A stretch of 63,819 nt of DNA, counting the filler, from an uncultured Methanoregulaceae archaeon (GTDB lineage Archaea > Halobacteriota > Methanomicrobia > Methanomicrobiales > Methanospirillaceae): assembly GCA_964530035.1 (NCBI GenBank). It is 3 parts of 3 records of this genome, joined end to end, with 100 filler letters (N's around TTAATTAATTAA, not from the genome) between each part and the next. Parts side by side here need not be neighbours in the genome. Positions count along the whole stretch, not along the records: positions 1 to 23,313 come from CAZGXZ010000016.1; 2 more parts are not named here. One strand, written 5' to 3'. The position numbers were made by a program, and so were the translations under genes. Below are positions 10,707 through 19,545 of the stretch, piece after piece (position 1 is the stretch's first letter; the number at the start of each line of letters is the position of its first letter). The notes beneath the pieces are model-generated. The model did no database searches. It was not told the origin of the DNA and worked only from the letters and a program-made list of their open reading frames with translations.

Positions 10707-12053
10707 TCACATTCCAGGTACGGCAGGAGGGGGCGGAATGTCCATGCCACCCGGACCATTTCCAACAACAGTGATATCGGCCGTATGCCGGCTTGTATAG
10801 ACCCCATCATTCACGCTGAACACCGGGGCGTACCTGCCGGTCTGGTTCAGGAGCGGGACCCAGGAAAATGAGGTCCCATTGAGCATGGCTCCTGGGGGCA
10901 TGTCCATTGCCATTGTCGTCAGGAGGTCTCCATCAACATCGGTCACCTCGAGGGAGAAAGAGAGGAGTTTTCCGACTTCGATTTCAAACGGCTGAAGCGG
11001 TTTGATAAAGGGAACATGGCTCCCGGCCCCGGTGAAAAGCGCAATGCCATAGGGGGCATAATAGGGGAGGATGTCCTGGTCTTTCACCTGGAGACCGGGA
11101 AGACTTATCTCGATAAGGCTGCTGGCACCGCTGGTGGTGACGAAGGCGACCGAGCTGTCTGGCAGGAATGCAATGCTCCCCGGGTCCCGCCCGGTGACCG
11201 TTGTGCCTGCCAGGAACGGTGTCTCGTTGAAAAGGTCAACTACCGCGACTTCATAACTACCGCTCAGGGGGACAAACCCAAACCTCCCATCCGGGGATAT
11301 CGTGGGGATTCCAGGGGAAATATTCCCTACCGGCACCTTTGCCTCGACGAAGAACGGTTCCGTACTCGTGTTGATGACGGTGACGCTGAACGGTTTCCGC
11401 TCCCCGGCCAGGGGTACGATGACATGCCTGCCGGTGGGATCCACTGCCAATGCACGGGGAGACGCTCCGACCGGGATGGTGTACTGTACCGCCGGTTCCG
11501 GGCCATCAAGAGACACAACAGAGAGCGTGCCATCCGTGGAGCCCGCGGCTATCAGCCCATACCGGCCATCGGGTGTTATACCCACGGCCATTGGGGAGAC
11601 CTGTCCGGTCTGCAGATAATACGGTTGGGAGAACGGTTCTGAAAGGTTGAGTATTGCAACAGACTGGGTCTGGCTGTTCCCAACAAGCGCTATGGTGCCA
11701 TTGGGCGATATCGCGATTCCTGCAGGGCGTCCTTCGACCGGTACCTCATAAACCCGTTTCAATGATTCCCTGGTAAGGTTCAGGACGAGTACCTCCCCGC
11801 TCCCGGTAAGCCCTACCAGGACACGGCTCTGATCCTGGGATATCACAGGGATTGACGGCCTGGTTTCCGGTCCGCACTCATAGGCGAGGGTTTCACGTGG
11901 CGGGTCAGTACTGAGATCAACCACGCTGATTACTCCGGTATCCTTGTGAGTGATCAGAGCAAAGTACCCGGGATAAACCGCTGCTGCTGGCATGACAAGG
12001 GCAGCCACGCATACAATCGCCGATAGAACGGCAGATAACCCTTGATGTGACAT
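10707..12053 (-). CDS. Secreted YVTN/YncE-type beta-propeller protein with C-terminal Ig-like domain
   Basis: Signal peptide MSHQGLSAV...PAAA; repeated PxGIAISPDG-like blades; C-terminal DVDGD.L...PPGA.L...FSWVP...FSVNDG Ig-like domain. Confidence 0.85.
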   Translation of the reverse strand: MSHQGLSAVLSAIVCVAALVMPAAAVYPGYFALITHKDTGVISVVDLSTDPPRETLAYECGPETRPSIPVISQDQSRVLVGLTGSGEVLVLNLTRESLKRVYEVPVEGRPAGIAISPNGTIALVGNSQTQSVAILNLSEPFSQPYYLQTGQVSPMAVGITPDGRYGLIAAGSTDGTLSVVSLDGPEPAVQYTIPVGASPRALAVDPTGRHVIVPLAGERKPFSVTVINTSTEPFFVEAKVPVGNISPGIPTISPDGRFGFVPLSGSYEVAVVDLFNETPFLAGTTVTGRDPGSIAFLPDSSVAFVTTSGASSLIEISLPGLQVKDQDILPYYAPYGIALFTGAGSHVPFIKPLQPFEIEVGKLLSFSLEVTDVDGDLLTTMAMDMPPGAMLNGTSFSWVPLLNQTGRYAPVFSVNDGVYTSRHTADITVVGNGPGGMDIPPPPAVPGM

Positions 12054-12905
12054 AATGGCATACACCCCTCTATGCACCCTGCATGCCCGATGCGCAGGCA
12101 CGCGAACGACCCTCAGTCCATTCTTGCCGCCGTTGGCTATTAACATAGCGCTCCGGGCATATGATCCCGGAGAACGGGACCGGGCCAGGATAGGGGGGAT
12201 CATGTGCCCTGAAAAATCTATAAAGGCAGACCTGTTCGAAAAAGTGCAAAAAAACATTTTCAAGGGAGGAAATGCATCCCAATCAAAATGCGCTTTTTCC
12301 TCATGCCCTGGATCCTGAACCCTCGTTCCCCGCTCTTTCAGGATCGATACATTTGGATACCTGCCTGGTTATTACAATATCCGGAAGGGCCTTTGAGGAA
12401 AATGGCGCTGATTTCCATTTGCAGCCCTGCATAAGTCCCAGACGATCGCTCGACCCAGGGTGTCCGGGGATGACACACCCGGGAGTCCTGATATCAGACA
12501 ACGTGAGAGACAGGTTCCCGTGATCTGGGCGAATCCATAAATCCACCCGGGGCCCGGGACCAATGGGGCGGTTGTTTGCAGGAATGCCAATCAATAAAAG
12601 TCATGATCCTGCCAACCCCCTGCTTCGTCGGCATTCTTATCAGGCCTGGCCAGGGGATACAAAACATGGAGAATTCTTCATGTGTGGACCCAGGAAGTCA
12701 TGAAGGATTTCAGCAGTCCGGGGGGAGGACCTGATCCATCCCCATAGCGGGACCCAGAAAAGAACATCAGCTTTTACGTCTGAAATGAGAGATCTGCAAC
12801 GTCCTTTTTACAATCCAGACCTTATATCCCTCCAGACTACAGGGAGCCCGATGAACCTTTGAATCGCCGATAAAGAGGTTTGACGGGGTTGAATCCCCCA
12901 TTTGC

Positions 12906-12947
12906 CGCGAAACCTTTAAATATTTTTAAATACTCTTTGATGTGAGG
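12906..12947 (+). promoter_or_regulatory. Archaeal BRE/TATA promoter and RBS of the histone gene
   Basis: CGCGAAA (BRE-like, 12906-12912), TTTAAATA (12915-12922), GTGAGG (12942-12947) before the ATG at 12955. Confidence 0.7.
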
Positions 12948-12954
12948 CAATACA

Positions 12955-13164
12955 ATGGCAGATTTACCTATTGCCGCAGTCGTAAGGATTGCAAAGAAAA
13001 ACGGAGCAGAAAGGGTCGGCAGCGATGCTGCTGAGGTGCTCGTTGCAAAGACAGAGGAATACATCGCCCAACTGACAAAAGAGGCGAACAAACTCGCGAT
13101 GCACGCGGGCAGGAAGACGATCAAGGAAGAAGACGTTGACATGGCAGCCGAAAAGGTTGCCTGA
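12955..13164 (+). CDS. Archaeal histone (HMf family)
   Basis: MADLPIAAVVRIAKKNGAERVG...HAGRKTIKEED; 69 aa histone fold. Confidence 0.97.
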   Translation: MADLPIAAVVRIAKKNGAERVGSDAAEVLVAKTEEYIAQLTKEANKLAMHAGRKTIKEEDVDMAAEKVA

Positions 13165-13511
13165 AGAGTTTGGATTCCTTCTTACTCTTCCCTTTCTTCC
13201 CATTATCCCTGACCTTTTCTTATTGTGATATACTCCCGAGACCGTGCCATGCAAAAGGTGCCGTATAAGGATTACAAATATTCTTATGACCTCTCCATGA
13301 GGAGAAGCGTTCCGTGACTGATTCCCATATCCCTCATTTCAACATATCACCCGGCATATCAGTTGGTTCGTAACCTCGGAACAGTAATAAAGAACCATTG
13401 TGAACAACGGTGACGGCCCATTGTTTTTCCTGGCCATTTCCCACTGTATCGTACCGCATAATCGCCCCTCCCTCATGGCACCATCGTGCGGGGAGGGAAT
13501 TCCGCCGGGGC

Positions 13512-14130
13512 AGACCTGTTGCATTTCAGGCCTGAAAAGGCTTGAAAAATATCTCCTTTTTGACAGTTCTGTTCAAATTCACTTCATTTTCAATTTTATT
13601 CCCCCGGTATAAGAAATCTTCATCAGGTGCAATTCCAATCATAGGATTTGGTAAGAAAATGGTGAAAATAACCTTATAATAAGGAGATTTTGAATGGGCA
13701 TTTTCATGGTTCGGGTGTGAACTCCCGTTCATATCCGTTTTAACAGAGCCCTTTTTTTATTTTCACTTTGAACAGTCGGAGGATAAGAGCGATTCGAACC
13801 GGATGAATGCCGCCCCCCAAACCCCCTGCATACGATAGCCATGGCAGGCCGTTGGTGATGCCAATAGTAAGGTCGTTTGTAGTATGGTTTTTGTATGTAC
13901 AGTCTTCAGCGATTTTTTTTCCCGCTCGAAATCTTCATGAAGGGCCGTGAGACCGCCGCCTGGGCGCCCTTCGGGGGCGGCGGGGTGTCTTTTCGGGGGT
14001 GTGGGGGCACGCCCCCACTATAGGGTTGATGTTTTTAAGATATCGGGAACGTTGAGGCTACGGGTATTCGGCAAGGTCTGAAAACTTCCCGGAACACCAG
14101 AAAAATTTCAGATCTCGTTGCAAAAGAGCC
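13512..14130 (+). mobile_element. MITE-like dispersed repeat, locus A (tail module plus structured core)
   Basis: 13540-13650 matches 32260-32360 and the reverse complement of 46466-46574 (CAATTYCAATCATAGGAT). 13752-14116 matches 31812-32197. End-like motifs: AGACCTGTTGCA (13512), TAACAGAGCC (13741-13750), TGCAAAAGAGCC (ends 14130). Confidence 0.7.
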
Positions 14131-14554
14131 GCGTTTTCTTTGACAAGCCTTCCCGACAGGGCCGGTTTGACTGATCACCAGGATGCGGGTTTTTCCGGAA
14201 AAAAATGAAGAGGATCTGCACCACCCCAGGGTAAAGGATAGTATCGTTTTCAGTGAAAGGACAGACTACCCGGGAGATTACCATCGTCATCAGGGAGAAC
14301 CGGGGTGGATCAGGTGAAAACCAGGACGGGACCTTGTGTTTATACCCATGACCACCTTCCCTCCGGGCCAGGCCTGACCAGGTCACCGGTGGGGCAATAG
14401 TATGAAGGAGTGGAAGAAGATTTTCCTGCCATCAACCTGATGAGGGACTGTCGTTTGCCTGAATCGTTCCGGACAGGGGCTTCGGGAAACGATGGCCGGT
14501 GCGGGCCTCAGGCAAGATGGCGTGCCCGGCATCCGTTAGCGAATGTTTTCAGGG

Positions 14555-14797
14555 CTATTCTTCCGTTATATCGTTCCCGGAACAGAGAGGGCTGTTGTCT
14601 TCCTGGACCCCGCTGTGCATTACCAGGTCCTGGCTGGGCATCTGGCGTACCGACAAATCAGCGTCGTCCCAGATACCTGGTACTTTTCTGCGGATCAGGC
14701 ACAAGCCCCGGATATAATCGTTGATGATATTTCCTGGCGGTTCCTTGCCAGTCACATAACCGTTATCACCATTTTCAAACGATTCCTCCAAATTCAA
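14555..14797 (-). CDS. Possible small hypothetical protein
   Basis: 80-aa ORF with plausible composition in an otherwise gene-free stretch; no recognisable motif. Confidence 0.25.
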   Translation of the reverse strand: MNLEESFENGDNGYVTGKEPPGNIINDYIRGLCLIRRKVPGIWDDADLSVRQMPSQDLVMHSGVQEDNSPLCSGNDITEE

Positions 14798-15359
14798 ACC
14801 TCCGGTTACAACAGGCGGGGCCCTCCTGCACCTGTCCTGTCGGAAGTACCTATGGGAAGTATCGCCTAAAAAGGCGATGGAAGTACCTATTTTTCTTCAA
14901 TGCCATGAACGGGCATATTCGCGGTGACATTCACCAGATTGGGGGAACGTGACAGAAATCCCCGGCATCTTTACCTGGCAGACAATCGAAACAGTCTTCG
15001 TGGAGAGAAAGCATGGAACCACGATACCACTATGCCGTCCGTCATCACCCGTGCTCCCTGACGAGGGGTGTACTGGCCCGGCACCGGGTGCATGAGACCT
15101 TTACAGGGCGCCGCGCGACTCCGATCAGCCATACCTTGGAACCCATGTAGGTCCAGGTGTTCCCGCACCGGTGGCAGGTCACCCGGACACTAGGCAACCG
15201 AGACATGAAAGAGGCTTGACCAGGGTGTCCACTATACCCATGGTGTGCGGAGTGTGAAACTGAACATTACCTCCATACCGTTTGACAGAAAACTATACGG
15301 ATACATCCCTCAGGGGGAGATGGGTTAACCATAACGGAACCTGACATCATCCTTCAGCC

Positions 15360-15812
15360 ATGCCTTTTGCACCACATCACCAGGATACAGGGGACGACGG
15401 GCGCCCGGCCATCCAGGCCTATACGGATGGTGCCTCGCGGGGCAACCCGGGACCGGCAGCGGCAGCATTTATCATACTCACGGCAGCAACCCTTGCCCGG
15501 GAAAACAGTCGTTTCCTTGGGACCGCAACCAACAACCGTGCCGAGTACGAAGCGATCATTATGGCCCTCACCGCTGCGTCAGGAATAACAGACGGGCGCC
15601 TGGAAGTCGTTTCAGACAGCGAACTTGTTATCAGGCAGCTAAACGGCCTTTACCGGGTCCGCCAGCCACACCTGGCTGAACTGCATACGCGGGTGAGATC
15701 GCTTTGCACCAGATTTTCAAAGGTCACCTTCCGCCATGCACCAAGAACCGATCCCTGGATACAGCACTGTGACAGTCTCTGCAACAAGACTCTTGACGAG
15801 GCAGGGTACTGA
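15360..15812 (+). CDS. rnhA: Ribonuclease HI family
   Basis: YTDGASRGNPG, TNNRAEY, VSDSELV, CDSLCN acidic catalytic motifs. Confidence 0.92.
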   Translation: MPFAPHHQDTGDDGRPAIQAYTDGASRGNPGPAAAAFIILTAATLARENSRFLGTATNNRAEYEAIIMALTAASGITDGRLEVVSDSELVIRQLNGLYRVRQPHLAELHTRVRSLCTRFSKVTFRHAPRTDPWIQHCDSLCNKTLDEAGY

Positions 15813-16018
15813 ACGTATCCTGCTGACACCGGTATTTCCTGGATCATACCCCGGACCGGACGGAAAACCGTCAGAACGGTATACCCGAAAGACAAACCGG
15901 CATAAGGGTATGTGCTGCCCGGGATCATGGACTAAAACGGCAGCCAGGTGAAGTGCAGGTCCGTCCCCCGGAACAACAGGTATTGCAGGAATATGTGTAA
16001 TCGTCTGAAGGTGTGCCC

Positions 16019-16357
16019 ATGAAGGACTACAAGCATGAACCCATCGCCGGTACCGTGGTCCGGCTTTCTGACCTGGTCATGTACCAGGACGGAGCAATCG
16101 CAAGCAGGATGTTATTATTCAGGAAAAATGGCACTATCACGGTTTTCGCGTTTGATGAAGGTGAAGGTCTTCCCGAACATACAGCACCATACGAGGCTGT
16201 CGTGACGGTGCTTGAAGGGAGATGCCGGGTGACCATCGCAGGCGTTGATTCGCCGGTCCAGGCCGGACAGACCATCATCTTTCCACCGCATATCCCGCAT
16301 GCGGTCTATGCCGAAACACCATTCAAAATGTCACTGACGATGATCCGCGACGAATAA
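16019..16357 (+). CDS. Cupin domain protein
   Basis: TVFAFDEGEGLPEHTAP...VLEG...IIFPPHIPHAV. Confidence 0.9.
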   Translation: MKDYKHEPIAGTVVRLSDLVMYQDGAIASRMLLFRKNGTITVFAFDEGEGLPEHTAPYEAVVTVLEGRCRVTIAGVDSPVQAGQTIIFPPHIPHAVYAETPFKMSLTMIRDE

Positions 16358-16377
16358 CGGGTATATCTGGAGAACCA

Positions 16378-16593
16378 TCAGGTGTCCCTGCAGCAGGGGC
16401 ACCGTGCAAGACCGTCATACACAGCGATGGCCACCGCCAGAACACCCAGCCAGGCGGGCCAGATCCACGCCATATCCTGCCGGGCCACGAACAGGTAGAC
16501 AGATACCAGGACCATGAGGATACCCGCTCCTGCCAGGGTCGCCTGGGCAGGGCTCAAGGGGGTCATATGGAGGTGTTTGTAGCTGAATGCCAT
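16378..16593 (-). CDS. Small two-TM membrane protein
   Basis: 71-aa ORF with two hydrophobic helices, 37 bp downstream of the 2H-fusion gene on the same strand. Confidence 0.55.
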   Translation of the reverse strand: MAFSYKHLHMTPLSPAQATLAGAGILMVLVSVYLFVARQDMAWIWPAWLGVLAVAIAVYDGLARCPCCRDT

Positions 16594-16629
16594 AATACCT
16601 GCCTGTGGGACATGAAGCGGGAGGCACTG

Positions 16630-17979
16630 TCACTCGCAGAACTCAACCCTCCGCGGCCCCGTCCTGATATAGTCACACAGGTGCGAAAGTGAAAGCGGGT
16701 GATACCCGGTAAGCTCTGGACAAACGTTAAAACGGCGTTTTTCCGGGTCGAAAAAGGGATATTTTTTCAGGTCCGCGTTGTGGTGATGACCGTGCACGAT
16801 ATATCCCGGAAAACCATCAGGTGCGTGGGCGGGATTATGTACGAACAGGAACGGTACCCCCTGCCAGGTCCGTTTCAGTATCGGACCGGTCTTGAAGGGT
16901 TCATCTCCCGGTTCCGCCGGGATATGGTAGATGGTCCCGTTCAGGCGCGAGATGTACTGGTCCCTGCAGATCCCTTCATGCACCGAGATGGGACCTATGC
17001 AATATACTTCATCCCCTGGACGGATCCGCCGGTTCCAGTTGCTGATAAGGACCGCGTCCATGGTCCGGCTGTCTCCATACGGGAAGGGCCGCGAAAACCT
17101 GTGTATAATGTCGGGATTACCGAGGTACAGGTCACCGATGACGAATGGGACCGCCGTTCCTTTCTGATATGCCCCCTGGCACAGTTCATATCCCTTGATC
17201 TTCCGGTACCGGGACAGGGTCCTGCCCCAGCCATACGATGCCCCTGCCATACGCCGGGAAAGCCACCGGCCTGATATGAGGTCGTACTCTGCAGCGACCA
17301 TGTTCCGGTGAAGGACAGTGAGCCGGAGCGCATCTGCAGGGAGTTCCACAGGTTGAAGTCCCGGAGGCACGGGGGACCTGCCCGTTGTACAGGAGACGAG
17401 GCGCTCTGCCACAGGGCCAAGGAACCGGCCCGGTCGCATGCCCGGGATCGCGACCAGTTCCGCTCTCATCCGTGCATAGGTCCCGGGATCTAGCCTGTAT
17501 CCCAGGGTGACATGGTACCAGAGGTCCCCGGGGTTGTTGTTCTGGGGATACAGGTCATTGGTGATGGGATAGAGGGCCTCGATGAGATTAGAGCGGAATG
17601 CTGCGAGCTCTACCGAAGGGATGACCCGGAAGGCCACCACACCCCCGCTGTACCCGAGCCTTGACTCATAATCCCCTATCCGGTAGGGAAAAAAGGGAAT
17701 GCTACGGCATGTCCTGCCGATGACTCGTTTTACATCGCTGAACGAGAAGCCGGGGCGAATGGTGAAGCCTCCATAGAGGGAGATGTGGGGTGCCGAGGGG
17801 GCCAGGTTTCGTCCGGGCCTTTCCGGTCCGGTCGGGTCCTGCAGAAAATACCGCGTCCTCGCCTCGACGATGGCCTGGTTCAACCTCCATTCTGGAGTGC
17901 CGATCCGGAGCTCGATGAAATATGACCTGAAATCGGGCGGGGCGGATTGAAGAGGTTGTGCAGGCACGTTCTCAATCAT
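16630..17979 (-). CDS. 2H phosphoesterase (LigT-like) fused to a degenerate calcineurin-like metallophosphoesterase
   Basis: N-half has two Hx(S/T) motifs, PHISL and YHVTL. C-half has FVIGDLYLG..I....RPF.....MD..LISNWN...PGDEVY..G...VHNP...IVHGHHHN...FNV, the pattern of the AQ1575-like MPP family. Confidence 0.8.
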   Translation of the reverse strand: MIENVPAQPLQSAPPDFRSYFIELRIGTPEWRLNQAIVEARTRYFLQDPTGPERPGRNLAPSAPHISLYGGFTIRPGFSFSDVKRVIGRTCRSIPFFPYRIGDYESRLGYSGGVVAFRVIPSVELAAFRSNLIEALYPITNDLYPQNNNPGDLWYHVTLGYRLDPGTYARMRAELVAIPGMRPGRFLGPVAERLVSCTTGRSPVPPGLQPVELPADALRLTVLHRNMVAAEYDLISGRWLSRRMAGASYGWGRTLSRYRKIKGYELCQGAYQKGTAVPFVIGDLYLGNPDIIHRFSRPFPYGDSRTMDAVLISNWNRRIRPGDEVYCIGPISVHEGICRDQYISRLNGTIYHIPAEPGDEPFKTGPILKRTWQGVPFLFVHNPAHAPDGFPGYIVHGHHHNADLKKYPFFDPEKRRFNVCPELTGYHPLSLSHLCDYIRTGPRRVEFCE

Positions 17980-18339
17980 GAAAATGGACGGGATGAGGTA
18001 AATCCTCTTTGGAGTACGGTATTCCCCTGGTGGGGAAGATATTCCATCTTTTTCAGGACACCGTAGGTACCAGGTCATCTGATGACCACGATAAAAAGGT
18101 AAAATATCTGCCTTTACCACATGACATACCGTCACGACGGGTCCTCATCGACCACCCCTCTGTTCATCAAACGCGATCAGGACGCCCTGGAAAAGGGTCA
18201 GAAGATGACGACGGCTTATGCCTCAGGTACTCTTTTCCCGGCTCCCGTTTCTCCAATCAACACCCTGATGCGGCCACCGGACTGAAAGTGACTGACAGAT
18301 CAGATGGTTTATGGGTCCAGGCCTGAATATAGGGAACTG

Positions 18340-19164
18340 ATGACAGAACCAGACCGTAATGATACTTTTCATGAACCAGGGATGACCTGGAAGTGCACAG
18401 TATGCGGTTTTATCTTTACCGGAGAAAAACCACCCAGAGGTTGCCCCAACTGTCACAGTCCCTCAGGTGAGTTCATTCACGAAAAGGAGCACGTACCGTT
18501 TATGTACGACGGGAAACCCTTTGATGTCCTGCTCATCAACGGCAGCACCCACCGGGCAGGAAACACGAGTGTCATGGCAGAGGTCGCAGAGGCGGTACTC
18601 GTTGAAAAAGGCGTAAGCTACCGGAGGTTCAACCTGAGCGAGTACCGGATTGACAACTGCTGGTGCTGCTATGCCGTGAGAGCCCAGTCCTGCAACTACC
18701 CCTGCCGAAACCCGGACGACGACATGCACGTATTTCACGAGATGCTCGCCGCCTCAAAGGCGGTCATCGTGGCATCCCCGATAAACTGGAACACCATGTC
18801 GGCACGTCTCAAGATATTCCTTGACCGCACCACCTGCATGCAGAACCTCTATCATTTGAAAAAGCCCGGCCTGACCGAAGCAAAAATTGCAGGGATCCTC
18901 GTCTGCGGCCATGAGGACGGCGGAGTGAAAACCGCCATGGACATCTTCCTCAACTTCCAGCAGATGGGGTATATCCTCGCCCCGTTCGGGATCTCGTACC
19001 GGACGCACGGTGCAGAGTTCAACAGCAACGCGGACAGGGAATTCTTCAGGACAGACGATTTACTGAAAAGTTATACGAGGGGAGTGGTGAGTAATGTGGT
19101 TGAACTGGTAAAACTCAACCTTGAGGAACAGCTGAAGGGCAGACTGATACCGGTCTCAGAGTGA
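18340..19164 (+). CDS. Rubredoxin-like domain fused to flavodoxin / iron-sulfur flavoprotein (FMN reductase family)
   Basis: WKCTVCG...CPNC; LINGSTHRAGNT, CWCC...CNYPC, ASPINW...LKIFLDR. Confidence 0.85.
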   Translation: MTEPDRNDTFHEPGMTWKCTVCGFIFTGEKPPRGCPNCHSPSGEFIHEKEHVPFMYDGKPFDVLLINGSTHRAGNTSVMAEVAEAVLVEKGVSYRRFNLSEYRIDNCWCCYAVRAQSCNYPCRNPDDDMHVFHEMLAASKAVIVASPINWNTMSARLKIFLDRTTCMQNLYHLKKPGLTEAKIAGILVCGHEDGGVKTAMDIFLNFQQMGYILAPFGISYRTHGAEFNSNADREFFRTDDLLKSYTRGVVSNVVELVKLNLEEQLKGRLIPVSE

Positions 19165-19545
19165 GTGTGCTGCAGAGAAGAATTGAAAAATGGCAATCCC
19201 AGACAGGACAATTCCTCTGGCCCAGGTTCATACTGTGCAAATCTGACCGGTTTGAGCCGGAGAAAGGNNNNNNNNNNCTGGACTCAGGACCAGGCCAAAA
19301 TTCACCCACGACCAGCCAGTCCGGCAAACGGAGGATAGGACCGTTATCCTTCCCCATGCACCGTGATTTCATCTACACTTGGTCTTTTTCCCGTAACCAT
19401 GGAGGTCATCTGGTTCTCCCTTTTTCTCGCGAGATCTTATCAAGTCGGTGCGAAATCTCTGATGGGTATCCACGGATTGCAGGAGGACTCCTCAACAATA
19501 GCATTTAAAGAACTTTAAAATTGTTCGTAAGAATGTGGAAAGGGT

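Noticed and set aside
13780..13810. GATTCGAACC, the reverse complement of a tRNA T-loop
   Set aside because: Flanks do not form a T-stem and there is no cloverleaf.
19268..19277. 10-N run in intergenic DNA
   Set aside because: Scaffolding gap; ORFs spanning it are unsupported.
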